A DNA stretch of 64,000 nucleotides from Candidatus Omnitrophota bacterium (GCA_029571225.1 JAKPTF010000097.1:64417-128416), one strand, 5' to 3'; shown: positions 24,409 through 33,301, counted from the first letter of the stretch. Numbers and translations: made by a program. Notes: a model not told the origin generated them from the letters alone.

Positions 24409-24807
24409 ATGAAAAGATTATTGATGATAGCTGTGTTGGTAGCGGGTTTTGCGGTTTGCGCGTATGCGGAAGATGCTTCTAAGGTCGCTGAGCAGGTGAC
24501 TGCGGATTTGCAGAAATCCGGAGCGATAACTGCGCAAGACGCATCAGTGGTGACATCTTCAGTTAAAACTCTTGTTGAAAAAGGCGCTACGGCTTCTGAA
24601 GCAAAAAGCGTTGTTGCTCAGGCTGTCAAGCAGGCTAAGGCCCAAGGGCTCAAAGGCAAAGAGTTATCAGCCAAGGTAAACGAAGCGGTCAAAGCCCGCA
24701 AAGCTCAGATGGATGAAGCCAAGAAGAAAGCCAAAGAAGCCGAAGCAAAAGCCAAGAAAGAAGCCGAAGCAAGGCAAAAGGGATTACAAAAGAAAACAAA
24801 AGAATAA
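24409..24807 (+). CDS. secreted Ala/Lys-rich hypothetical protein
   Basis: AGGAGG upstream. Signal peptide (LLMIAVLVAGFAVCAYA). Charged C-terminal tail. Confidence 0.55.
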   Translation: MKRLLMIAVLVAGFAVCAYAEDASKVAEQVTADLQKSGAITAQDASVVTSSVKTLVEKGATASEAKSVVAQAVKQAKAQGLKGKELSAKVNEAVKARKAQMDEAKKKAKEAEAKAKKEAEARQKGLQKKTKE

Positions 24808-24882
24808 AGATAATAAGGTGTTTATATACATTGCCGCAAGTTCTATTTCGCAGTAAAATATGAGTACAAAAGGGAGGGGGAT

Positions 24883-25230
24883 ATGAAGAGAATTGTCGGC
24901 GTTTTTGTGGCGATTGCGCTCGTATGTGTTATGGCAAGCGGTTGCAGCAGTCAGGTAAGCGAGAATAAGCCTATCTCCCAGATAATAAATGAGGCTCAGA
25001 CGATGTCGGTTGAGCAGCTTCAGGCTACGATCGCTAAATACCAGAAAGCGATAGAATCTAAGCAGGCTGAGATTGACGCTATAAGGAAGCAGCTGCAAAA
25101 GATACCTCTTGCACAAATGATGGGAGAAGAGGCCAAAAAGCTTAAAGCCGAGATCGAAAACATAAACGGTTCCATCAAAGCCCTTTCGGAAAGGCTGAAC
25201 GTCTATACACAGCAGTTGAACAAAAAGTAA
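24883..25230 (+). CDS. small lipoprotein with coiled-coil region
   Basis: GGGAGGGGG upstream. Lipobox-like VMASGC. Heptad-like remainder. Confidence 0.55.
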   Translation: MKRIVGVFVAIALVCVMASGCSSQVSENKPISQIINEAQTMSVEQLQATIAKYQKAIESKQAEIDAIRKQLQKIPLAQMMGEEAKKLKAEIENINGSIKALSERLNVYTQQLNKK

Positions 25231-25294
25231 CGGGCCCTGATTTTTAAAACGGAATTCGATAGAGCCGGGGATGTTTTTTGCGCCATCGAAATAC

Positions 25295-25323
25295 TTGACA
25301 GCCCGCCGTGAATAAGATATTCT
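25295..25323 (+). promoter_or_regulatory. sigma70-like promoter (TTGACA-17 nt-TATTCT) placing the TSS at or near the ATG at 25330
   Basis: TTGACA at 25295-25300 and TATTCT at 25318-25323. No SD is visible before the ATG. Confidence 0.35.
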
Positions 25324-25329
25324 AAAATC

Positions 25330-26124
25330 ATGGTAAAAGAAGCAGTCCTTAAGGTTCTACCCGCCTTGTTTTTATGCCCCGCGATCATCGTATTTACCCC
25401 TGCCGGCGCCTGCGCCGAACGCATCTACTATAAAGACGGCAGGATCGAACACATACAGATTCTGCACAGATTAAAGGGAACATTGTGGTATTCCCGAGAC
25501 AACGGGTCGGTCGGGATCCCCATCATTTCGGTGAAGCGTATAGAGAATGATGATGGAACGCTGTCAAAATACGATTATGAGAACGTAACGGCGCTTATCG
25601 AACGCCTGATAGCGCAGAAACAATACGCGCAGGCTGTGGTATGGTGCGACCGCCTCATAGAAGTTGTGCCTGACTATATACTGGTGCGTTCATTGCGGGC
25701 TGCGTTAAACCATAAAATCGGGAATTTCGAGGCTGCGAGCGCGGATTACCGGTACTTGATCAATAACCGGGCGGCAGGCGCGGAGATCTATAATGATCAG
25801 GGCGTAATTTTCGTTGCGGCGAACAATTACATGCAAGCGAAAGAGTGTTTCCGCGAGGCGATCAGGCTAATGCCCAGGCTCGCGCAGGCTCATGCTAATC
25901 TGGCGAATATTTTCATGCGGCAGAAGGATTATCACGGAGCGATTGAGGAATATACGAAGGCGCTGGATATCGAACCTGCCAATGCCCGCGCGCTGTATGA
26001 TCTCGGAAGGGCGTACAGCGAGAGCGGCGATAAAGCAAGTGCTCGTACTGCGTGGGAAAAGGCGCTGGCTATCGATCCGTCCGATGCCGCAACCAGGCAG
26101 GCGTTGGAAGCAAACCAGGGGTAA
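25330..26124 (+). CDS. TPR-repeat protein with N-terminal signal
   Basis: Signal-like N-terminus. Several 34-aa TPR units (..YNDQGVIFVAANNYMQAKECFREAIRLMP.., ..ANLANIFMRQKDYHGAIEEYTKALDIEP.., ..YDLGRAYSESGDKASARTAWEKALAIDP). Confidence 0.8.
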   Translation: MVKEAVLKVLPALFLCPAIIVFTPAGACAERIYYKDGRIEHIQILHRLKGTLWYSRDNGSVGIPIISVKRIENDDGTLSKYDYENVTALIERLIAQKQYAQAVVWCDRLIEVVPDYILVRSLRAALNHKIGNFEAASADYRYLINNRAAGAEIYNDQGVIFVAANNYMQAKECFREAIRLMPRLAQAHANLANIFMRQKDYHGAIEEYTKALDIEPANARALYDLGRAYSESGDKASARTAWEKALAIDPSDAATRQALEANQG

Positions 26125-26167
26125 TATGGTGTTTTTCCTGAGGATAACAAAGAGAAGTGAGGCGTGG

Positions 26168-27301
26168 ATGAGCAAGCGAAGGGGTTTTTCATTACTTGAG
26201 ATGGTGATCGCTCTATGCATTATCGGCTTGCTTATAGCGGCCGGGGTCATGGCATATCGTTCCCATGTCGAGAAAGCCCGGTCTTCTGAAGCTGTTATTA
26301 CCGCTAATAAGATTTCTCAAGCCGAAGAGATACATAAGATCGAGAACGGCACATACGTGGCTGCGGACAGCACGCAGCAGGTCAATGAGCGCCTGGGTAT
26401 GCAGATTATTACCAAGGATTTTGAATACCGGGTAGTCAACGTGACCGAAGATAACTTCATTGTCATTGCTCAACGCATAGGGCTGGATGCTCAGACGGGC
26501 CGGATACCTGAAGCCCCGATGGTATTGGCGATGAGCCGTTCCGGCATGCTGCCGCAGGGAGGCGGGTACCAACCATATTCCGGCGGCGCTGCAGGCGAGG
26601 GGCAGATTATTCATAGCCCGCCCGGTTTCGGAAGCGGTGGCGGTGCAGGAATGGGAGGTGGCGGCGGTTCCGTCACCAGAACCGATGATAATTCCGGCGG
26701 ATCGGGTTACACTCAGCCTTCAGGCGGAACATCCGGAGGCGTCGGCGGAGGCGGAGGAGGCGGGGGAAGTGCAAGCAGGGCTAATCTTCCCGTTTATGAT
26801 TCCATCCTGGCGGATTCCCTGGCGTTGTTACGGGGGTCTGCGACCGGCAAATACTATTATGACCTTATCGTTGATAACGATATAACTTATGAATTCGGCG
26901 AGACCGCTGATAATGCCCTCGGGCAATGGGACGGGACCAAAATCGTCATCAGGGCTAATCTTCATACTTTGTATCCTGAATCAGCTATTGCCGCAGTCAT
27001 AGCCCATGAGGCAACTCATGCCGATTACGACCTGAATCCGGACAGGTGGATCGCCAGTACCCTTGCGGCACATCCCGAGCTGACCAGAGACGATCTGCAT
27101 ATAGACGTGGAACCTTATTATTCGCTTGATCAGGAATATCACTGTTTTGAGACAGCTGTGCTTGTGTGGAGGCAGACCAAACAGGCCGGGGACGAATGCG
27201 GCGAGATGGATGCCGAAGACGCCCTGTATTCACAGGGCGAAGCTTATATGAAAGCGGATATAGCTGATCGTTACGGCGAAAGGATCCAATATGATTATTA
27301 A
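26168..27301 (+). CDS. prepilin-type N-terminal cleavage/methylation domain protein with Gly-rich linker and C-terminal HEXXH domain
   Basis: MSKRRG|FSLLEMVIALCIIGLLIAAG is a class III signal with Glu at +5. Poly-Gly/Ser linker at about 26610-26790. HEATH is encoded at 27005-27019. The longer track ORF (from 25892) overlaps the TPR gene and is rejected. Confidence 0.75.
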   Translation: MSKRRGFSLLEMVIALCIIGLLIAAGVMAYRSHVEKARSSEAVITANKISQAEEIHKIENGTYVAADSTQQVNERLGMQIITKDFEYRVVNVTEDNFIVIAQRIGLDAQTGRIPEAPMVLAMSRSGMLPQGGGYQPYSGGAAGEGQIIHSPPGFGSGGGAGMGGGGGSVTRTDDNSGGSGYTQPSGGTSGGVGGGGGGGGSASRANLPVYDSILADSLALLRGSATGKYYYDLIVDNDITYEFGETADNALGQWDGTKIVIRANLHTLYPESAIAAVIAHEATHADYDLNPDRWIASTLAAHPELTRDDLHIDVEPYYSLDQEYHCFETAVLVWRQTKQAGDECGEMDAEDALYSQGEAYMKADIADRYGERIQYDY

Positions 27302-27911
27302 TCATCGATTGATACCGCGAAGTGCAATAGTCAGGTTTATGGCTTTTTTCTTACCGGGGGTGATCGGAATGTGCATTGGTTGCGGCTGTTCTCCGAACGT
27401 TAAATATGATGTTTATGTCAGCAAGGACCCTGTTCTGGGCGTTGAGCTTCAATATGTGTCCGGTTGGAAGGTTTCGGAACAGCGTGGATCAGGAGGATCG
27501 TTCATGCAGGCCGTGTTCCTGGAACCGCGCGCGAAAAACGACACTTCCAAAGGCGCGGCAATGGTCGTGACGTCAGAGTCGGCTAGTAAGGTAAAGGCGG
27601 CGTCGCTGGAAGCGTTTGTCGAGGATTTCGTATCGCGCAGGATGAAGTTTGCCGATGCGAAGATTGTTTCCCGCACAAAGGCGCGTGTCGGGGGGCTTGA
27701 AGCTTCAGATATCCTCTTGACGTACCGTTCGGTCGATAAGTTATATTCCGTGGATTCGAAGCCAGTGTCTTTTACGGAACGGGCGCTTGTGGTAAAGAAA
27801 GGCGTAAGTTTCTATACGATCAGGTATGAAAACAATTCCGCGTCCTTCGGACGATTTGAGAAGGCCTTCGAGCATATGGTTCGGACCGTCAGATTCAAAT
27901 CCGGCTCGTGA
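27291..27911 (+). CDS. hypothetical lipoprotein/secreted protein
   Basis: An ORF with a hydrophobic N-terminus and Cys cluster (GMCIGCGCS). The start is uncertain (27291 or 27339). Confidence 0.45.
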   Translation: MIINHRLIPRSAIVRFMAFFLPGVIGMCIGCGCSPNVKYDVYVSKDPVLGVELQYVSGWKVSEQRGSGGSFMQAVFLEPRAKNDTSKGAAMVVTSESASKVKAASLEAFVEDFVSRRMKFADAKIVSRTKARVGGLEASDILLTYRSVDKLYSVDSKPVSFTERALVVKKGVSFYTIRYENNSASFGRFEKAFEHMVRTVRFKSGS

Positions 27912-28301
27912 TCATTCGGTATATTCTTCGCTCGCCCTGATATAAACGGCGACATATTCCGACGGGGAGGGTTGGCTGTATTGGATGGTGATGGTCTCCC
28001 CTGTTTTGATCTCCTCGATCTTTATTTCGCGGCCCCCACGCACGATTGTTGTGTCATCTGGGACTTTGAATGTTATGTACCCCAGTTCGCAGGTGAGCAT
28101 GATGGTTGAGAAGACAAAAGAGACCTTGGCAACGGTACCGGTGATGCGTTTCAGGTCACGGGCGTCCTCAGCCGGGGCCTGCGTATCGTTTGCTGCGATG
28201 GAATTCGTTATCGTCAGACCCATAACGAAGAACGCGCAAAATATTCCCGTGATGTTCCTGTAAAGGCCCTGCTCCATAGCGCCCCCCTGATTTGTTGACA
28301 T
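27912..28301 (-). CDS. hypothetical secreted protein
   Basis: N-terminal signal-like helix (ITGIFCAFFVMGLTITNSIAA) and a beta-rich C-terminus. Convergent with the upstream gene. Confidence 0.4.
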   Translation of the reverse strand: MSTNQGGAMEQGLYRNITGIFCAFFVMGLTITNSIAANDTQAPAEDARDLKRITGTVAKVSFVFSTIMLTCELGYITFKVPDDTTIVRGGREIKIEEIKTGETITIQYSQPSPSEYVAVYIRASEEYTE

Positions 28302-28350
28302 TATAACACAATTATCCGGGTAGTAAATATTAAATGCTGTCCGCTTTACA

Positions 28351-28379
28351 TTGACAATAGCTCTGACCCGGAGTAGAAT
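28351..28379 (+). promoter_or_regulatory. sigma70-like promoter (TTGACA-17 nt-TAGAAT)
   Basis: TTGACA at 28351-28356 (the track's TTG start) and TAGAAT at 28374-28379. The ATG at 28390 follows with no SD. Confidence 0.4.
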
Positions 28380-28389
28380 AAGATTTCAT

Positions 28390-28989
28390 ATGAGACGACT
28401 GTTGTTTTTTATCCTGCCTATCCTGATCGTTGTTACCGCGGTATTGACGGTCTTCGGCGTTATTCAGGTGCGTTTCGAGGAAGATAAACTGATCGATGAC
28501 GTAGGGCGTAAGTCACGGTCGATCGCCGAAAGCATGGAAATATCGGTCAAACATGTTCTGGAGAACAATGACCTGAAGACGGCCAATTACCTCGTTGAAA
28601 AATTTCAGACCCGAGAACGCCTCCAGGGATGCGTCATTTATGACAAAAACGGGGAGGTTTTCGCTATTACCCGCAGGTTTCTTGATTGGAAAGAAAAAAA
28701 CAAGTCCTATTTAAGCCAGTCCCTGGCGGCCGGAGAGCCGCGCGGCGGCATGGAACGATTTAAGGAATACACGGTCTATAGCTATGTCCTGCCCATTTTC
28801 GATGACGGACGGAAGGTAATCGGCCTGGTCGAGGTCATCCATGACACCTCTTTTGTATTCAGCCGCCTGGCTGAATTATGGAAAAGGATCAGCGGCACGC
28901 TGGTCGTGCTCCTCGTGCTGATCCTCTGGATTTCGATCTTCATCCATAAACAGATTTTCGTTCTGCCTGTCCTTCGCCTGACCGAATAG
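28390..28989 (+). CDS. membrane sensor module (TM - extracytoplasmic domain - TM - start of HAMP), ends at an in-frame TAG
   Basis: Two TM helices (LLFFILPILIVVTAVLTVFGVI; LVVLLVLILWISIFI) flank about 150 aa. The sequence stops within the first HAMP helix (VLPVLRLTE*). It is in the same frame as 29086-30627. Confidence 0.6.
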   Translation: MRRLLFFILPILIVVTAVLTVFGVIQVRFEEDKLIDDVGRKSRSIAESMEISVKHVLENNDLKTANYLVEKFQTRERLQGCVIYDKNGEVFAITRRFLDWKEKNKSYLSQSLAAGEPRGGMERFKEYTVYSYVLPIFDDGRKVIGLVEVIHDTSFVFSRLAELWKRISGTLVVLLVLILWISIFIHKQIFVLPVLRLTE

Positions 28990-29085
28990 TTCCATCATTT
29001 CCAGAAAGGAGAGATTGATTCGAACCCTCCTATAAAGGAAAAAGGTGAGCTCGGAAAGCTGGCGAGCGAAGTCGAGCAGGTTGCC

Positions 29086-30627
29086 TTGAGCCTGCGGGTT
29101 GCTCGCAAGAGTATATCAGACGTAGCCTCGGTTAAACTTCAGAGGGAAGAACTCTGGACCGAATCAAAACTGCGCAATCTTATTCACGCGAAACTTGGCG
29201 ATAAGGTCCTGTTTGTTGTTTCAAACAGGGAACCGTATATGCACGTGCTTGACGAGGCGACCGGGGCGGTGCATTGTATCCGTCCGGCCAGCGGCGTCGT
29301 TACGGCGATCCATCCCATCCTGTGCGCATGCGGAGGGACATGGATTGCTCATGGCGGCGGCGATGCGGACAGGAAATTCGTCAATTCGAAAGACAAACTT
29401 GGCGTTCCGCCCAACGATGACAGGTATATACTCAAGCGCGTCTGGCTATCAAAGCAGGAAGAGGATGGGTACTATTACGGGTTTTCGAACGAAGGTCTAT
29501 GGCCGTTATGCCATAATACCCATACGCGGCCTATATTCCGCCAGGAGGACTGGGAAATATATAAACAGGTGAACCGGAAATTCTGCGACAGTCTCCTCGA
29601 AGAACTGCCTGCGACGAGCCCGTTCATATTCATCCAGGATTATCATTTCACCCTACTGGGAAAGATGATCAAGGAAAAGAGGCCTGACGCGAAGGTTGCG
29701 CTTTTCTGGCATATCCCGTGGCCCACTCCCGAGGCGTTCCAGATCTGCCCGTACCAGAAGGATATTCTGGACGGGATGCTAGGGTGCGATCTTATCGGGT
29801 TCCATGTCCAGAATCACTGCAATAATTTCCTGGATACGGCGAACAGGCTCCTTGAGTCCCGCGTGGACACGGAGAAGTTCAGCGTCATCCGCCTGGAAAA
29901 GGAGACGTTCGTTCGCGCGTATCCCATCAGCGTCAAAAGCCATGTCGGCGCGCCCGCCCTTGAACGCGATACGAGCCTCGAGATGGAACGTCTGCGCAAG
30001 GAATTCAATCTGCAGGATATGGTCGTGGGCGTGGGAGTGGACCGTATTGACTACACCAAAGGTATTGTCGAGCGGATCCATGCCATCGACCGGTTCTTTG
30101 AGAAATATCCTAAGTACCGCGGCAAGGTCGTATTCGTCCAGCTCGCGTCACCCAGCCGAACGCATATCAAACGCTATCATGACCTTATTTCCGAGATCGA
30201 CGAGCTCGTAGAGAAAAAGAACTGGAAATACATGGAAGGCAGTTGGAAGCCTATTCTGTACCTGAAACGCCATTTTTCAGCGGATGAAATCGCGCCTTTC
30301 TACGCCATGGCTGATTTCTGCATCGTCAGCTCGCTACATGACGGCATGAACCTGGTGGCGAAAGAATACGTCTCGGAAAAACGCGATAACAGGGGCGCGC
30401 TTATTTTGAGCCAGTTTACCGGCGCTGCCCGGGAGCTTGTGGACGCGATCCTCATAAATTCCTATTCCACCGAGGAATTTGCCGACAGCATCTTTCAGGC
30501 GGTCGAAATGCCTGTTGAAGAGCAGGCCAGGCGCATGGAGAGCATGCGGATGATTGTTGCGGAGAACAACATCTACCGATGGGCGGCTAATATCATCACT
30601 GATCTCACGGCCCTTAAGAACGTCTGA
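29086..30627 (+). CDS. otsA: alpha,alpha-trehalose-phosphate synthase (GT20)
   Basis: VVSNREPY, GGGD, YYGFSNEGLWPLCH, IQDYHF, WHIPWP, GVDRIDYTKG and LHDGMNLVAKEY are characteristic of OtsA. The N-terminal boundary is unclear because the frame is continuous with 28390-28986 apart from one TAG. Confidence 0.9.
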   Translation: MSLRVARKSISDVASVKLQREELWTESKLRNLIHAKLGDKVLFVVSNREPYMHVLDEATGAVHCIRPASGVVTAIHPILCACGGTWIAHGGGDADRKFVNSKDKLGVPPNDDRYILKRVWLSKQEEDGYYYGFSNEGLWPLCHNTHTRPIFRQEDWEIYKQVNRKFCDSLLEELPATSPFIFIQDYHFTLLGKMIKEKRPDAKVALFWHIPWPTPEAFQICPYQKDILDGMLGCDLIGFHVQNHCNNFLDTANRLLESRVDTEKFSVIRLEKETFVRAYPISVKSHVGAPALERDTSLEMERLRKEFNLQDMVVGVGVDRIDYTKGIVERIHAIDRFFEKYPKYRGKVVFVQLASPSRTHIKRYHDLISEIDELVEKKNWKYMEGSWKPILYLKRHFSADEIAPFYAMADFCIVSSLHDGMNLVAKEYVSEKRDNRGALILSQFTGAARELVDAILINSYSTEEFADSIFQAVEMPVEEQARRMESMRMIVAENNIYRWAANIITDLTALKNV

Positions 30628-30628
30628 T

Positions 30629-31480
30629 ATGGTACATCTCTTGCAGAAATGGGATGGGGTATATACCCGGATTAGAGGTAGGCGCATGATGTTGTTCTTT
30701 GATTTTGACGGGACCCTAGCGCCTATCGCCTCGAAACCAGGATATGCCCGGATTCCCGATGTGACGCTGTCTTTGCTCAAAGAGGTCCTGCGTCTGAGGT
30801 CGTGCAAGCTTGCTGTCGTTAGCGGGAGGGCGCTGGCTGATATAAAAAAGAAAATCGGGCTGAAGGGCATTGTGTATGTCGGCAATCACGGCCTTCAGAT
30901 CCGGGGCGCAGGAGTCCGTTATACGGCGCCACTCGTTCCGGTATACAAGGCTTCTTTGCGTAAAATCAAAGCGCGTATAGCGCGCGGGATACGGCGTTAT
31001 TCGGGCGCTCTAATAGAGGACAAAGGCCTTTCCCTGTCCGTCCATTACCGGCTCGTCAGTGCAAGAGATTGCGCTGCGTTGCGTATGGCGGTGCGGAAAA
31101 TCGCCCAGCCGTATTGCGCAAGGCGACTGATCAGGGTCAGAACAGGCAAAATGGTCATGGAGATCAGGCCTGATTTCCGTTGGGATAAAGGAAGCGCCGT
31201 GCGCTGGCTCATCGGCAAATGGAGGGCCCTGGACAAAGGCGCCCGGACTGTTGCGCTATATTGCGGGGATGATTCAACTGACGAGGACGCGTTCAGGGCG
31301 CTTGCAGGCAAAGGCATCACGGTCGTCGTAGGCAGGCGCGCGGAAAGCGCGGCGCAATATTTTCTCGATACGCAGGATGAAGTGAACGGGCTTTTAAGGC
31401 GCATCATTACAGGAGCACGACAGACGCTATGGATCCCCTTCAACAGGCAAAGGAACCGTTCAGGTTCCACACGCGTTTGA
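30629..31480 (+). CDS. otsB: trehalose-phosphatase
   Basis: The ATG lies 2 nt after the otsA stop. HAD motif LFFDFDGTLAP, later GNHG, KG.A and GDD.TDEDAF. Confidence 0.85.
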   Translation: MVHLLQKWDGVYTRIRGRRMMLFFDFDGTLAPIASKPGYARIPDVTLSLLKEVLRLRSCKLAVVSGRALADIKKKIGLKGIVYVGNHGLQIRGAGVRYTAPLVPVYKASLRKIKARIARGIRRYSGALIEDKGLSLSVHYRLVSARDCAALRMAVRKIAQPYCARRLIRVRTGKMVMEIRPDFRWDKGSAVRWLIGKWRALDKGARTVALYCGDDSTDEDAFRALAGKGITVVVGRRAESAAQYFLDTQDEVNGLLRRIITGARQTLWIPFNRQRNRSGSTRV

Positions 31481-32106
31481 ACCTTACCGAATTGACCGGG
31501 CTGCGCGCGTCAGTGCTTCCACAGCTTCTTAAATTGATCAAAAAAGTGCCCGGAGCGTGCATCTATCATCATACCCACCGTTTCCTCGAACAACACCAGT
31601 ATTTGTCTCCGGAACCGCCAAACGATTTTGCCTATTGGGTCAGCGAGGTCATCGGAGAGGCCGCGCTTGCCGAACAGCTTGCCAGCATAGATACGGTGCA
31701 GTTTTCCACGATTAGGAGCCTTCGCGACCGCATCGCGCTTACCATCGAAGATTACCTGGCAAAGAATCCTCTTGCTTCGCTTCGCTTTGCCGGATCGGGC
31801 GAGGAATTTCATTTCGTTAAATCGGTCAGCTTTATCGTGCCTACCGGTTATATCGCGAGCACCCTGGAGGAGTTTGCGGATATCCTTGAGAAGATCACAA
31901 TCGATTCGATATATTTTCATGTGTTCGAGGCTCGGCTTCGCCTTGAACATCCGACGAACGACTTCTCGTACTGGATTGAGAACGCGCTCGGCTGCGGGGA
32001 GCTCGCAGATAAGCTTGCGCAGCTTGACCCGTATGCGTATACCATGGAAGAGCTGCGCAAACGCATCATCTCGATAGTAAGGTCAGGATATGCCAAAACT
32101 TGCTGA
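31429..32106 (+). CDS. conserved hypothetical protein (DUF5752-like, commonly next to TreT-type glycosyltransferases)
   Basis: Internal duplication (..NDFAYWVSEVIGEAALAEQLASID.. and ..NDFSYWIENALGCGELADKLAQLD..). Family assignment is from memory only. Confidence 0.5.
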   Translation: MDPLQQAKEPFRFHTRLNLTELTGLRASVLPQLLKLIKKVPGACIYHHTHRFLEQHQYLSPEPPNDFAYWVSEVIGEAALAEQLASIDTVQFSTIRSLRDRIALTIEDYLAKNPLASLRFAGSGEEFHFVKSVSFIVPTGYIASTLEEFADILEKITIDSIYFHVFEARLRLEHPTNDFSYWIENALGCGELADKLAQLDPYAYTMEELRKRIISIVRSGYAKTC

Positions 32107-33301
32107 TTATATCTCGGTTGTGACCCAGCCGGTCATTGACGACCTCCGGCTTCTCGCGGACAAACTGCGGGGAAAGGTAATCCGCAATATCAATTCGACC
32201 GCTGTCGGTGGAGGCGTTACGGAGATATTGAACCGCATGGTGCCTTTTCTGCAGGAACTGGGCATTGATGCGCACTGGGACGTCATCAAGGGCGGCGAAC
32301 GGTTCTTTGCTGTGACCAAGAAGATCCATAACGCGCTTCACGGCGCGACCGAGCGCATCACCGACGATGATCTTGAGGTTTTTATCCGGACAAGCAAGGA
32401 CAATATGGCGGAGATGGATTTGAGCGGTGATATCATATTTGTCCATGATCCCCAGCCTATAGCCCTGATCGAGAAGAAGGAATCGAATAAATGGGTCTGG
32501 CGCTGCCATGTCGACGTTTCGGAGCCGCAGCGTAATATCTGGGATTTCCTCATGCAGTATATTCCGCGGTACAACGCGGCGGTCTTTTCCGCGCCGTCCT
32601 TCTCGAGGCCCCTTCCTGTGCGCCAGTTCCTGATTTCTCCGTCGATTGACCCACTGAGCGACAAGAACAGGGATCTGCCTGACGATATGGTCCGGACGGT
32701 ATTTGATAAATACGGGGTTCCTCTGGACAAGCCGGTTATCACTCAGATATCTCGCTTCGACCGGCTCAAGGATCCGGTGGGCGTGATTGATGTGTATAAA
32801 CGGGTCAAAAAGTATAATGACTGCCGGCTCGTGCTTGCCGGAGGCACCGCATCGGATGATCCCGAGGGCCTCCAGGTGCTCGAAGAGGTCCGCGAGGCAG
32901 CGGGCAAAGACAGGGATATCCATATACTGCTTATGCCGCAGAATGATCTCGACGTAAACGCGCTTCAGCGGGGCTCGACCGTCATACTTCAGAAATCCCT
33001 GCGCGAGGGGTTCGGACTGACGATCTCTGAGGCGCTCTGGAAAGCCAAACCGGTCGTTGCTTCGCACGTTGGAGGTATCCCGCTGCAGATAAAAAACAAA
33101 TACTCAGGCCTCCTGTGCAGGTCAGTGGACGGCGCCGCTTTCGCGGTTAAACAATTATTGAACAATCCCGGATACGCCAGGAAACTGGGAGAGAACGGCA
33201 GGGAGCATATACGCAATAATTTCCTTCTGACGCGCCATCTGAAAGATTACCTGCTTTTATTTTTGTCTTTGTTCCACTCCGAAGACGTGGTATATTTATA
33301 A
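32090..33301 (+). CDS. GT4 glycosyltransferase, trehalose synthase (TreT)-like
   Basis: NSTAVGGGVTEILNRMVPFLQELGIDAHWDVIKGGERFFAVTKKIHNALHG matches the TreT N-terminal signature. C-terminal EGFGLTISEALWK is the GT-B motif. Confidence 0.75.
   Translation: MPKLADYISVVTQPVIDDLRLLADKLRGKVIRNINSTAVGGGVTEILNRMVPFLQELGIDAHWDVIKGGERFFAVTKKIHNALHGATERITDDDLEVFIRTSKDNMAEMDLSGDIIFVHDPQPIALIEKKESNKWVWRCHVDVSEPQRNIWDFLMQYIPRYNAAVFSAPSFSRPLPVRQFLISPSIDPLSDKNRDLPDDMVRTVFDKYGVPLDKPVITQISRFDRLKDPVGVIDVYKRVKKYNDCRLVLAGGTASDDPEGLQVLEEVREAAGKDRDIHILLMPQNDLDVNALQRGSTVILQKSLREGFGLTISEALWKAKPVVASHVGGIPLQIKNKYSGLLCRSVDGAAFAVKQLLNNPGYARKLGENGREHIRNNFLLTRHLKDYLLLFLSLFHSEDVVYL

Noticed and set aside
25892-26167. N-terminal extension of the pseudopilin ORF (the track's 469-aa version). 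Similar extensions occur at 8450-8530 and 47168-47497.
   Set aside because: The extensions overlap the 3' ends of well-supported upstream genes in another frame. The internal starts give canonical N-termini (prepilin signal, signal peptide, overlapping ATG/TGA junction).
28987-28989. TAG recoding (pyrrolysine or readthrough) in the sensor-OtsA gene.
   Set aside because: TAG is used as an ordinary stop by other genes here (for example at 1488-1490, 2211-2213 and 34463-34465). No pyl genes or recoding signal were seen. A nonsense mutation or sequencing variant is more parsimonious.
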